Assembly: GCF_964213995.1 (NCBI RefSeq)
Contig: NC_135808.1
Coordinates: 3,596,001 to 3,660,000 of the forward strand
Source: Mustelus asterias
Taxonomy: Eukaryota
DNA: 64,000 nucleotides
Direction of reading: 5' to 3'
Shown here: in pieces, positions 12,839 through 25,308 of the stretch
Numbering within the stretch: position 1 is the first letter of the stretch
How the letters are laid out: the number at the start of each line of letters is the position of its first letter
Made by a program: the position numbers and the translations under genes
Notes under the pieces: generated by a model
The model's database searches: none
The model's input: only the letters and a program-made list of their open reading frames with translations
What the model was told of the DNA's origin: nothing

Positions 12839-13752
12839 CATAAGAACATAAAAACTAGGAGCAGGAATAGGCCATCTGGCCCCTCGAGCCTACTGCGCCA
12901 TTCAATAAGATTATGGCTGATCCTTTTGTGGATTCGGCTCCATTTACCTGCCCACTCACCATAACCATTAATTCCTTTACTGATCAAACATCTATCTAAC
13001 TTTGCCTTAAAAACATTCAGTGAGGGAGCCTCAACTGCTTCATTGGGCAGGGAATTCCACAGATTCATAACCCTTTGGGTGAAGAAGTTCCTCTTCAACT
13101 CAGTCCTAAATCTGCTCCCCCTTATTTTGAGGCTATGCCTCCTAGTTCTAGTTTCACCTGCCAGTGGAAACAACTTCCCTGCTTCTATCTTATCTATTCC
13201 CTTCATAATTGTATATGTTTTTATAAGATCCTCCCTCATTCTTCTAAATTCCAATGAGTATAGCCCCAGTCTACTCAGTCTCTCCTCAAGAACCAACCCT
13301 CTCAACCCTTGAATCAACCTGGTGAATCTCCACTGCACCCCCTCCAGTGCCAGTATATCCTTTCTCAAGTAAGGAGACAAAAACTTTACACAGTACTCCA
13401 GGTGTGGCCTCACCAGCACCTTATACAGCTGCAACATAACCTCGCTGTTTTTAAACTCCACCCCTTTAGCAATGAAGGACAAAATTCCATTTGCCTTCTT
13501 AATTATCTGCTGCACCTGCAAACCAACTCCTTGAGATTCCTGCACAAGGACACCCAGGTCCCTCGGTAGAGCAGCATGCTGCAATTTTTTACCATTTAAA
13601 TAATAGTCCATTTTGCTATTATTCCTACCAAAGTGGATGACCTCACACTTACCAACATTGTACTCCATCTGCCAGACCCTTGCCCACTCACTTAAACTAT
13701 CGCGATCCCTCTGCACACTTTGCTCTACCGCTCATCTTAGTGTCATCTGTGA
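12839..13752 (-). mobile_element. CR1 LINE 3' part
   Basis: ORF 12817-13716 (-): WQMEYNVGKC, LVRPHLEYCV, RNFFTQRV; cataagaacata tail. Confidence 0.95.
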
Positions 13753-13777
13753 ACTTTATGATGGAGGGGTGGTCATT

Positions 13778-15425
13778 GAAGCAATTGGAAATGGCTGGTC
13801 TGAGATCAGTGAAGCAGTTGGGAATGGTTGGACTGAGGTCAGTGAAGCAGTTGGGGATGGTTGGGCTGAGGTCTATGAAGCAGTTGGGAATGGCTGGTCT
13901 GAGATCAGTGAAGCAGTTGGGGATGGTTGGGCTGAGGTCAGTGAAGCAGTTGGGGATGGTTGGTCTGAGGTCAGTGAAGCAGTTGGGGATGGTTGGGCTG
14001 AGGTCAGTGAAGCAGTTGGGGATGGTTGGGCTGAGGTCTATGAAGCAGTTGGGAATGGTTGGTCTGAGGTCAGTGAAGCAGTTGGGAATGGTTGGGCTGA
14101 GGTCAGTGAAGCAGTTGGGAATGGTTAGTTTGAGGTCTATGAAGCAGTTGGGAATGGCTGGTCTGAGGTCAATGAAGCAGTTGGGAATGGTTAGTTCATA
14201 GAAATCATAAAAACCCTACAGTACAGAAAGAGGCCATTCGGCCCATCGAATCTGCACCGACCACAATCCCACCCAGGCCCTACCCCCATATCCCTACAGA
14301 TTTACCCTCTAACCTACGCATCTCAGGACACTAAGGGGCAATTTTAGCATGGCCTATCAACCTAACCCGCACATCTTTGGACTGTGGGAGGAAACCGGAG
14401 CACCCGGAGGAAACCCACGCAGACACAAGGATAATGTGCAAACTCCACACAGACAGTGACCCAAGTCGGGAATCGAACCCAGGTCCCTGGAGCTGTGAAG
14501 CAACAGTGCTAACCACTGTGCTACCGTGCCGCCCATGAAGCAGTTGGGGATGGTTAGTCTGAGATCAGTGAAGCAGTTGGGAATGGTTGGTCTGAGATCA
14601 TTGAAGCGGTTGGGAATGGTTGGGTTGAGGTCAGTGAAGCAGTTGGGGATGGTTGGGTTGAGGTCAGTGAAGCAGTTGGGAATGGTTGGTCTGAGATCAT
14701 TGAAGCGGTTGGGAATGGTTGGGTTGAGGTCAGTGAAGCAGTTGGGAATGGTTGGTCTGAGGTCAGTGAAGCAGTTGGGAATGGTTGGGCTGAGATCAGT
14801 GAAGCAGTTGGGGATGGTTGGTCTGAGATCATTGAAGCGGTTGGGAATGGTTGGGTTGAGGTCAGTGAAGCAGTTGGGAATGGTTGGTCTGAGATCATTG
14901 AAGCAGTTGGGAATGGTTGGTCTGAGATCATTGAAGCGGTTGGGAATGGTTGGGTTGAGGTCAGTGAAGCAGTTGGGGATGGTTGGGTTGAGGTCAGTGA
15001 AGCAGTTGGGAATGGTTGGTCTGAGGTCAGTGAAGCAGTTGGGGATGGTTAGTTTGAGGTCTATGAAGCAGTTGGGAATGGCTGGTCTGAGATCAGTGAA
15101 GCAGTTGGGGATGGTTGGGCTGAGGTCAGTGAAGCAGTTGGGAATGGCTGGTCTGAGATCAGTGAAGCAGTTGGGGATGGTTGGTCTGAGGTCTATGAAG
15201 CAGTTGGGAATGGCTGGTCTGAGATCAGTGAAGCAGTTGGGGATGGTTGGGCTGAGGTCAGTGAAGCAGTTGGGAATGGCTGGTCTGAGATCAGTGAAGC
15301 AGTTGGGGATGGTTGGTCTGAGGTCTATGAAGCAGTTGGGAATGGTTGGTCTGAGATCAGTGAAGCAGTTGGGGATGGTTAGTCTGAGATCAGTGAAGCA
15401 GTTGGGGATGGTTAGTTGAGATCAC
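13778..15425. repeat. 33-bp minisatellite (about 40 units), split by an HE1 insertion
   Basis: Unit gaagcagttgggaatggttggNctgagRtcagt; produces the repetitive 11-aa ORFs. Confidence 0.95.
14196..14534 (-). mobile_element. HE1 V-SINE inserted into the minisatellite
   Basis: Full-length head to tail on the - strand; flanked by 24-nt near-identical repeat segments. Confidence 0.95.
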
Positions 15426-15876
15426 TGCCTTGATGAACCTTGCAGCAATGATTGATCTCCAACAGCCATTATCATCCTGCCAACACCACCAAAAGCCTCA
15501 TCTGCATTTTCATGAACCCTGAGTCTTGCTTTTTCCTCTCCATGAATGAAAATGTAATGGCCACTCATTTATCCACCACATCCCTTCTCTTTGGAACTCT
15601 CTTCCCAAATCTGTCCACTCTGATGCTTTCCTCCATACTTTAAAATCTGTCCTAAATGGCTTCCTGTTATTCCCTGTTTGCTGCCTTTCTGTAAGGTGCT
15701 TTCACGCATCTTTATAGCGGGAACGCTATAAAGATGTAAGTGGTTGTTCTCCCAGTTGTGATTATTGTTTCAATGCCTCTTGCTTCATTTAATCTTGCAA
15801 ACATTATTGTTAATTGGTTTAACCAAGCCTTACAGTCTATATTTAAACTCTCACTAATTCTCCCTTTTCATCCCAG

Positions 15877-16400
15877 CCGCTGTAACACTGGATACAGAAA
15901 CAGCAAATCCAAGGCTTGAGGTATCTAAGGATCTGAAGAACGTAAGGTTGATCCAGACAGAGAGAAGTGTCGATGACAATGAAGAGAGGTTCTCAGTCTG
16001 GGAATCTGTGCTGGGATCAGAGGGATTCACATCGGGCACACACTATTGGGAGATAGAGGTTGCGGGAAATCGGAACTGGACTTTGGGAGTAGCCACATTG
16101 TCAGTGGACAGGAAGAGAGAAATCCAACTGATACCAGGGAATGGATTCTGGACCATTGGAAGAGAAAAGGATAAATTTCAGGCAAACTCTGCCAATAAAT
16201 CTGATATCCGTGTCTATGAGATTCCCAGGAAGATTGGTATTTATCTGAATTATGATTCCAGGATAGTTTCATTTTATAGTGCAAACACACAGTCTTACCT
16301 CTACACTTTCACTGGGTGTGAATTCACAGAGAAACTTTATCCTTTCTTCAATACAACGCATTGTAACAAATGGCTGAGAATCTGCCCAGTTCAACAATAG
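15877..16400 (+). CDS. Terminal exon encoding a B30.2 (PRY-SPRY) domain, butyrophilin-like (TRIM not excluded)
   Basis: Acceptor ttttcatcccag, phase 1; AVTLDTETANPRLEVS...GFTSGTHYWEIEV...WTLGV...IGIYLNYD..VSFY...LYPFF; intact to TAG; AATAAA at 16988 and 17052. Confidence 0.92.
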
Positions 16401-17763
16401 TTCTTTAAGACTCTGATCTCAAGGCTTCTACAAAATACTTTCCAATATAGTAGTCAGTCAAAGAAAACCGTCAAATATATAAATATTCAAATTAATCTTT
16501 CATTCTAAGATAAGATTTAAAATGATTAAGGGTGATGGTGGGAATTTGTTGGAATCATCCCAGTTATACCAGCTAATTGTATGAACTTTAAACAATGTAC
16601 TTCCAGCAGTCCACTCCATGTTTCCGTTCCATGTAAAATCAAAGTTGGTGACAGATTAAACATTCCAAATTTTTTTAGATTCATATTAAGATGGGGAGGT
16701 TTCACCCCATAGAAACCACTGATTGAACAGCAGGAGAAGTGTTGAATAAGGTCAGTTACTGCAACAAAACAAATAGGTGCGGCCAGTTTTAAAGGGGAAA
16801 GAAATCAATGAGATGTTTTACATTGACTTGGTGAGCCAGGGTTGTTAAAGGTGAGGCGATTGGAAAGATGGAGTGTTCTGCCACATGGAGGCTTGTCTAA
16901 GCTCTTCACTCGGGAGGCCACATTTACATTTTTTCCTCACCCAAAGGGCCAATGAACAGATTTTGGAAAGATAACATTTCGCACAGCAATAAACTGATTT
17001 TTTTTTTTAAAGTTGAGGTATTAAGAAAATTAAGTTGCTGAGTGAAAAATTAATAAAAATGACCATGTTCGATGGGCATGCCCGGCTCACTTAGACTCTG
17101 GCTGCTCACCCACTCACCCTCACCCACTGTGAGGGGATGCATGTGTATATGTTCGTGTGGGGTGCTGATAGTGAGTGGGAATCCTGAGACTGGGAGTAAG
17201 GCTCGCACAGATTTTCTCACTCACTGCCGCACATGCGCAATCACTCTCGGTGCCACATACATACACACACACATTGCCACATATACACACTCACTGCCAC
17301 ATTTACACACTAACTTCCACATAGTCACCACGGCACCATGTCCTCCCCAGGCCCATCACAACTTCTCTCCTCCTGGGTCCGTTGCATCTTCACTTCCTGA
17401 GGAGCCACCCCGATCTGTCCACTTCCTGCCAACCTCAAGGCCTGCTGATGTTCGGCCCAGCCACATCATTTACACACCCTGGTCTACTGTAGCTGCTCCA
17501 TGTTGTACTCACCTGTCACTCATTGCTCCCCACGCTGAAACTGAAAATTAAAACTTCACTAGTAATGGACTGTGTGTTGCTCATCAAATCACAGGCTGGT
17601 TCTTCCCTGCAATAGCTGCTGGTGAGCCTATCAACAGCGAAGGCACGGAGAAACCAGCCTGTTTTTGAAGATCAGGGTGGCAGCCTTTTTCAAAAGTCTA
17701 TTCATGAAGATTTCAACAGTTGAGTCCAATGAACCAAATGTCTCGGGGGTTACAACCAGCAGT

Positions 17764-18040
17764 GGGGCGGCATGCTGGCACATGGTTAGCACTGCTGCCT
17801 GACAGCACCAGGGACCCAGGTTTGATTTCCGGCTTGGATGACTGTCTGGGTGGAGCCTGCACGTTCTCCCCATGTCTGCATGGGTTTCCTTCCACGGTCC
17901 AAAGTGCTGGTTAAGTGCATTGGCTGTGCTAAATTCTCCCTCAGTACCCGAACAGTACCCGAGTGTGGCGACTAGAGGATTTTCACAGTAACTTCATTGC
18001 TGTGTTAATGTACTTGTGACACGAATAAATAAACTTTTAA
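17764..18040 (+). mobile_element. V-SINE with HE1-like head and a different (Rex1/Babar-like) tail
   Basis: HE1-type head followed by ...ggattttcacagtaacttcattgc...tacttgtgacacgaataaataaa. Confidence 0.8.
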
Positions 18041-18289
18041 AACTTTTCTAAAAACATGGGCCAGAGTTTGGACAATCCTGCAGTAGAAACTGTCAAGGAA
18101 ACTGTCCGTCACCAGTTTCAATGGGGATTTGATGGAAAATCTTGCACTTAGTTTCCTGCACACTCTACCTCAGGATTGTTCATTTTCAGCTGGTAGTTAG
18201 GGGGAAAATCCTCCCTCCAGTGTTTACAACTAGATTTATGTAGTTGGTAAATCAAGGTACTCACCAGAGTTCATTAATGCGCATGAAAA

Positions 18290-18680
18290 GTTCAGAAGAA
18301 TGAGAAGTGACCTTCTCATGGGACTTGATAAGGTAGATGCTGAGAGGTTGTTTCTCCTTGTGGGAGAGTCTAGGACCTGAGGGCATAATCTCAGAGCAAG
18401 AGATCACCTATCTAAGACAATAATGAGGAGAAATTTCTTCTCTCGGGGTGGAATCTTTGGATTTCTTTACTGCAGAGGACTATCGAGACGGGGTTGGTTA
18501 ACTATGTCCAAGGCTGAGATAGGCAGATTTTTAATTAGTAAGAGAATCAGGGGTTATGGGGATAAGGTGGGAAAGTGGAGTTGAGGATAATCATATCAGT
18601 TCAGTCACAATCCCATTGAATAGTTGATTCGACTCGATGGAGTGAATAGCTTAATTCTGCTCCTACTTCGTACAATCTAT
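18290..18680 (+). mobile_element. Degraded CR1 3' end
   Basis: agaagaatgaga..gacctt, aggagaaatttcttctc, and CR1 3' UTR similarity. Confidence 0.7.
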
Positions 18681-19269
18681 TCAATATATAGATAATTCGG
18701 GAAATAATTATAGATAAGGCTGCATCTTTGCAAAGGAGGTGGAAAGGGACATATTGTTTAGGGAGAAAATGAAAGTGAGACATTAAGGTACTGTTTGGAT
18801 TCAAGAGCAGCAGCAGCCCCTCAGTATCTCACTCAGGCAGTCATAAATCAGATAGAAACTAAATAATTAAGAGGTTAATTCTAGACTCCTACTCCTGAGC
18901 TCAACTAACTCAACACAAACCCACACTGCCAACATTGAGTTCAGTTAACTCAGCAGTGATGTTCCATGGCAGTAGTTTAAAAAAAGCATCTTCCTTGTTG
19001 CTCCATTGATATTCTGACAATTACTGAGAACTGCAACTGCACCAAATATTTTTAAAATTTCAATTATCCCTCTAATCCCTGACTGCTATTTACAATTTAG
19101 TGCCAAATTAAGCGTTTTCAATCTTTTATATTTTCCTTTGCATTTCCTGTATTGGATTTTTAATATTTTTATTGCAAATTGTGTGTATATACAATCATAT
19201 ATACTTTTTTACTGTATGAAATAGAAAACTTGTACAATATACTTGTTGTCCTCTATCGATTTGGAACTT

Positions 19270-19890
19270 GAATGTGCAAGTATCATGTATTGCAAAGCAA
19301 TGCATCTGTGTGATTAGTCACATGATGTGCTGTTACATCACCAGAGGCTTTTGTGAGTTTTCATCTCTCTTCCATGTTGAACTTCAATCTGACAACAGCT
19401 CCGAAATAAATCTGTTCAAAACCCACAATATGGCACCTTATCATTTGTCTTGTTAATACTACCAGTCGTAACATTTAATACATTACAAGATAAAGACTAG
19501 CGATGAGGAGGATTTTCAAATAGAGTTTCAACAAAAGCCCAGTTTTAAACACAACTGGTGACCATGGAAACTTTTCAGAAAGACCTTAAACGAAAGCCCA
19601 GTTTTAGAAGATAAAACTGGTGATGTGGAAGGTGAAAGTGGCAAATGGATAGGTTTTCGATTTTTATTTTTCAATTGAGCTCTGATGTCAAAAAAATCCA
19701 GCGCTTTGACTTAAGTCATCAATGAGGTGAGAAAACAGCATTAAAAAAAACGTGAGTAGGCTGAAAGAAAATGTTTACTTACTGTTTTGAAGCTGGCTAA
19801 ACTTCCAGATGTGGTGACCTCATATGTAGCAGGCTGCAGCAATAGATATTCTCAAAGGCTAATGAAAGGCGGGAGAATTTGTAAGAGAAA
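19270..19890 (+). mobile_element. Degraded Gypsy LTR, PBS-like site and gag relic (continues 21792-21950)
   Basis: LTR-like block ending cattaca (about 19488), then a tggcgacgag-like sequence; traces of ILKAYE / EFVRE gag motifs split by the CR1. Confidence 0.4.
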
Positions 19891-21791
19891 TGTTTATATG
19901 GATTTCAGTAAGGCATTTGACAAAGTCCCACATGGCAGGTTGGTTAAGAAGGTTAAGGCTCATGGGATACAAGGAGAAGTGGCTCGATGGGTGGAGAACT
20001 GGCTTGGCCATAGGAGACAGAGGGTAGTGGTCGAAGGGTCTTTTTCCGGCTGGAGGTCTGTGACCAGTGGTGTTCCGCAGGGCTCTGTACTGGGACCTCT
20101 GCTATTTGTGATATATATAAATGATTTGGAAGAAGGTGTAACTGGTGTAATCAGCAAGTTTGCGGATGACACAAAGATGGCTGGAATTGCGGATAGCGAA
20201 GAGCATTGTCGGGCAATACAGCAGGATATAGATAGGCTGGAAAATTGGGCGGAGAGGTGGCAGATGGAATTTAATCCGGATAAATGCGAAGTGATGCATT
20301 TTGGAAGAAATAATGTAGGGAGGAGTTATGCAATAAATGGCAGAGTCATCAGGAGTATAGAAACACAGAGGGACCTAGGTGTGCAAGTCCACAAATCCTT
20401 GAAGGTGGCAACACAGGTGGAGAAGGTGGTGAAGAAGGCATATGGTATGCTTGCCTTTATAGGACGGGGTATAGAGTATAAAAGCTGGAGTCTGATGATG
20501 CAGCTGTATAGAACGCTGGTTAGGCCGCATTTGGAGTACTGCGTCCAGTTCTGGTCGCCGTACTACCAGAAGGACGTGGAGGCATTGGAGAGAGTGCAGA
20601 GAAGGTTTACCAGGATGTTGCCTGGTATGGAGGGTCTTAGCTATGAGGAGAGATTGGGTAGACTGGGGTTGTTCTCCTTGGAAAGACGGAGAATGAGGGG
20701 AGATCTAATAGAGGTATACAAGATTATGAAGGGTATAGATAGGGTGAACAGTGGGAAGCTTTTTCCCAGGTCGGAGGTGACGATCACGAGGGGTCACGGG
20801 CTCAAGCTGAGAGGGGCGAAGTATAACTCAGACATCAGAGGGACGTTTTTTACACAGAGGGTGGTGGGGGCCTGGAATGCGCTGCCAAGTAGGGTGGTGG
20901 AGGCAGGCACGCTGACATCGTTTAAGACTTACCTGGATAGTCACATGAGCAGCCTGGGAATGGAGGGATACAAACGATTGGTCTAGTTGGACCAAGGAGC
21001 GGCACAGGCTTGGAGGGCCGAAGGCCTGTTTCCTGTGCTGTACTGTTCTTTGTTCTTTGTTCTTTGAAGGGGGGGAGGTTTAACACAGATATCAGAAGGA
21101 CATATTTCACACAGAGGGTCGTGGGGGCCTGGAATGTGTTGCCGGGCAAGGTGGTGGAGGCGGACACACTGGGAACGTTTAAGACTTATCTAGACAGCTA
21201 TATGACCGGAGTGGGAATGGAGGGATACAAAAGAGTGGTCTAGTTTGGACCAGGGAGCGGCGCGGGCTAATTGTTCCTTGTTTCTCGTTTCAAGGCTTCA
21301 TTCTATGATCATCTTGCTGGTGCCAGTACAGAGCGAGACTGCGGATAGTTGGGAACCTGTCTCGGGGGCAGGGAATTCATATGGTGTTCATGGAAGTGGA
21401 AATGACTAGGGTTGGGAAGCATTTTCCGATCAGGGCCATTGTGATCTCCTGGACTCGTTTCGATCGCCTCAGGGGGTCGGAGAGGAATTTCCCAGATTTT
21501 TTTTTTTCCCCCATATTGGCCCTGGGGTTTTTCACTCTGGGTTTTCGCCTCTCCCTGGGGATCACATGGTCTGGAATAGGGGGGTGGGGGTGAGTTAATA
21601 GGTTGTAATGAACAAAGCATCGTAGCTGTGAGGGACAGCTCGGTGGATAGGATATTGGTATGTAGATAGGCTGGAAAATTGGGCGGGGATCCTGGATTCA
21701 GGATTCAATCCTGGACCGGGGAGCGGCGCGGGCTTGGAGGGCCGAAGGGCCTGTTCCTGTGCTGTATTGTTCTTTGTTCTTTTGTTCTTTG
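19890..21791 (+). mobile_element. Young 5'-truncated CR1 with a composite multi-tailed 3' end
   Basis: Uninterrupted RT C-terminal half to the stop at 20986 (PQGSVLGP, KFADDTK); (tgttctt)n tails at about 21040-21066 and 21764-21791. Confidence 0.95.
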
Positions 21792-22859
21792 ATCTATTTT
21801 AAGCAATGTACATCAGAGTTTATTGGAGATGTCAGACTGCTGTATGTCTGGAGGGGCCTAGGAGAGAAAGAGTCTCTACTCTTAAAGGGAGATACTACTT
21901 TTAAAATAATGAAGAATTACTAGTAAAGTTTTATTTGTTTAGTAAAAAGGAGATTGATTGATTGCTTACAAGAAGAAGTTTGAAAAAAAATTCAACCTAC
22001 ATATCCAAATCAAAAAAGCAAAACAACAGAAGAAATACAAATTAATAAGGAAGAAAAAAACAGAGGGGAGGAAAAGTTGAAGGAAGTGCTTTGATCTAAT
22101 GACTGGTAACTGCAATGGTGGGCAAAGACAGCACCATAGAGGTGCTTGAGGAAAATATGGAAACATGGAATGTGTTAGCAGGGTTTGTGAGGTGGCCGGG
22201 TGTCGCTAAAACCTCAGCCAATACAAAGACTCACGTTAGCCAGTGTCCCAGTTTAAAGACAGATCTTTTATTTGACCAGCGAGTCACAGGGAGAGATTAT
22301 CAAAGAGTCCTAGGCCCATCGAGACATACAGTACACTGACATCTCCAATAAACTCTGACATACAATGCTTAAAATAGATGAATTATACATTTATCAAATT
22401 CTCCTGCCTTTCTTTACCTTTGAATCAATCATCTTCAATACACATAAATCATTAATAACATCTGTCACATATTTTAGCCAATTGCATTTTACCCTCTGAC
22501 ATGATGGGATTTCATTGATCTGTGGAATCCAGATCTTCCTCCCCGATTGTTTCCTAAGAATGTGGTTCTGTCTGAATGTCCCCATACCATCAGGTCTTGC
22601 AGCAATCTGCTTTTATAATTACTTTTATAAAACACAGTTAATAAATTTAATATCAAAATATGTGTTTAAATCACAATCATTTGTTCTAAATTTCTTACTG
22701 CATTCACATGTTTGTAAACTATTCCCTTGTTAGCTTATAAGTCTGATTTAGAGTCATTTAACTCGATGCTGGTAGTTCTGTCAGTGTCTTAAATGCCTAA
22801 TGGTTTAAAATTTTCTCTAACCTATTGGCATCTTTTTCCCCAACGAATGCTTAAAAAGA

Positions 22860-23700
22860 GAGATTTCAATATTATCTGGCTGCGAACAAGATACCGAGTG
22901 AACTTAAAGTAGTCACTGTCCTAAGCATATTGGGGTGTAAAACCTTTACATCGCTACAGAGCCTTGTCTATTCTGAGAAGCCGAGTGAAAAAACTTACAA
23001 GGAACTGACCAAGATTCTCAAAAGTAATTTCTCGTCTATACCACTGATAACTGCTGAGAGATTCTGTGATTTCATCAATGGAACCAAGAGGGCAAAAGTA
23101 TATCGTAATTCAACGCAATGCTGAGAAGGCTAGTGAAGAACTGTAATTTTGGCTCAACCTTTGAAGACACTCTGTGAGACAGGCTTGTTTGTAGACTTTA
23201 GAATGAATCAATTCAAAGATGATTCCTTACTGAAAGCTCTTTAACACTAAAACTTGCTGTTGAGATGGGGTGTCCGCAGAATTGACTTCGGAAGAAGCTT
23301 CCCAAAAGTCCAAAGGTGTATGGGTTTGGTTGATTGGCTATGCTAAATTGACTGTAGTATCAGGGGATTAGCAGGGTAAATATGTGGGGTTACGGGAATA
23401 GGGCTTGGGTGGGATTGTGGTCAGTGCAGACATGATGGGCCGAGGCACTGTAGGGTTTCTATCATTCTATGAAGAATTGGAGCTGGAACCAAAATATACA
23501 AAATGGGAACAGACAGGAAGAAATCTCTTAAAATTCAAGCATGCCATAGGTGTGCTCAGGTGGGGCTCTCTCCATGTGAATGTGGGAGTGTATAGAGAAT
23601 AAATGTAGAAGCTGTGGCAAGAAAGGCCACACAACTAAGGTGTGTTGGACACGACAGACTTCTCCAACCCTGAAAGCAAACACAAGAGCACGTCAAGATC
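22860..23700 (+). mobile_element. Gypsy (Mag/K02A2.6-like) gag pseudogene, with an HE1 3' fragment at about 23305-23472
   Basis: LSILGCKTFTSLQSLV..EKPSEKTYKELTKIL..PLITAERF, LRDRLVCG-like and CRSCGKKGH zinc-knuckle relics. Confidence 0.8.
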
Positions 23701-24065
23701 TAAAAAAGGCATCTACAAAATCTGTCCCTGCGCCTCACCTCTAGTATGTACAATGTAAGTGGAGGTACATTTCTTATTTTGTTCACTCTTATTGTGGATT
23801 CTGACCTAGGGATCTTTCTGTGTTCTTTTTGTTGCCTATGCAGCTTGGAACTGTCCATTGTTTCTGATTCTATGTTAGTCAGGGTCTGGCAATATCACAA
23901 ATGGCTCCATTTGTCCAAAGAGAGGCTCTCTGGTAAGTACTTTTCTTCGAACTTCGATTAAAATAGATACTCGCAGGTGTTAGGTCAATGGCAGTGTCAT
24001 GATAATCTTATCCTTGTTGCCAGATGCACTTTCACAGACTTCATTTGTGAACACAAAAGATAAAG

Positions 24066-24345
24066 TTAAAGTTTATTCATTAGTCACAAGTAAGGCTTAC
24101 ATTAACACTGCAATGAAGTTACTGTGAAATTCCCCTCGTCGCCACACTCCAGCGCCTATTCAGGCCAATGCACCTAACCAGCACGTCTGTCAGACATGGG
24201 AGGAAACCGGAGCACCCAGAGGAAACCCGTGCAGACACGGGGAGAATGTGCAAACTTCACACATACAGTGGCCCAAGGCCGAAATTGAACCCGGGTCCCC
24301 AGCGTTGTGAGACAGCAGTGCTAACCACTGTGCCACCGCGCCACC
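24066..24345 (-). mobile_element. V-SINE, alternative-tail family
   Basis: Reverse copy of the 17764-18040 family. Confidence 0.85.
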
Positions 24346-24667
24346 CTATTAATATTTATTTATTAATATGAAAAACCTGCAACCAGCAACCGCACTCCTG
24401 CTGCTAGCTTCCTATCATGTCTCCTGCCATTCATGTTGGCAAAGCAAATTATACCAAATTAAACAAATTGAGGGACAAAGCAAGAAGCGTAACCCCTTAT
24501 AGAGGGATCACCTGAAACAAAAACAAAGCATGAACGAAACTTACAACATCAGATCAAAGGTGATTAAAGGGGAAAAGCATTCCAGGCCCTGAGGTGCGCA
24601 ACGAGCATGGAAGGCCTCAATGATGCCCATGGACACCACATGCTCCCTCTCAAGAGACACCTGGCTA

Positions 24668-25308
24668 CTTCATTGCTAGTGGGATGGAGTTTAAAAACAG
24701 TGAGATTATGTTGCAGCTGTATAAGGTGCTGGTGAGGCTACACCTGGAGTACTGTGTACAGTTTTGGTCTCCTTACTTGAGAAAGGATATACTGGTACTG
24801 GAGGGGATGCAGAGGAGATTCACTAGGTTGATTCCAGAGTTGAGAGGGTTGACTTATGAGGAGAGACTGAGTAGACTGGGTCTATACTCATTGGAATTCA
24901 GAAGAATGAGGGAGATCTTATAGAAACCTATAAGATTATGAAGGGAATAGATAAGATAGAAGCAGGGAAGTTGTTTCCACTGGCGGGTGAAACTAGATCA
25001 AGGGGGCATAGCCTCAAAATAAGGGGAAGCAGGTTTAGGACTGAGTTGAGGAGGAACTTATACAAACAAAGGGTTGTGAATCTGGAATTTCCTGCCCAGT
25101 GAAGCAGTTGAGGCTACCTCATTGAATGTTTTTAAGGCAAAGATAGATAAATTTTTGAACAGTAAAGGAATTAGGGTTATGGTGAGTGGGTGGGTAAGTG
25201 GAGCTGAGTCCACAAAAAGATCAGCCATGATCTTATTGAATGACGGAGCAGGCTCGAGGGGCCAGATAGCCTACTCCTGTTCCTAGTTCTTAGGTTCTTA
25301 TTATGTTC
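24668..25308 (+). mobile_element. CR1 3' fragment
   Basis: ORF 24684-24923 (LEYCVQFWSPYLRKDI) and a 3' UTR of the same subfamily as 12839-13752. Confidence 0.92.

Noticed and set aside
14196-14534. tRNA genes in SINE heads (here and other HE1 copies)
   Set aside because: A/B boxes run into the V-domain and LINE tail; no full cloverleaf.
13613-15419. Long repetitive ORFs (up to 297 aa) as a novel protein
   Set aside because: A by-product of a 33-bp unit open in several frames on both strands; split by a SINE; no splice support.
13778-15425. CRISPR-like array
   Set aside because: Contiguous units with no unique spacers, vertebrate context, no cas genes.
15948-16400. Stand-alone single-exon SPRY gene as given by the ORF track
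   Set aside because: The listed start is TTG; the domain begins upstream at a splice acceptor (15877).
19787-20986. 399-aa ORF as an active or domesticated RT gene
   Set aside because: The first ~35 aa come from flanking DNA; the endonuclease and N-terminal RT motifs are missing.
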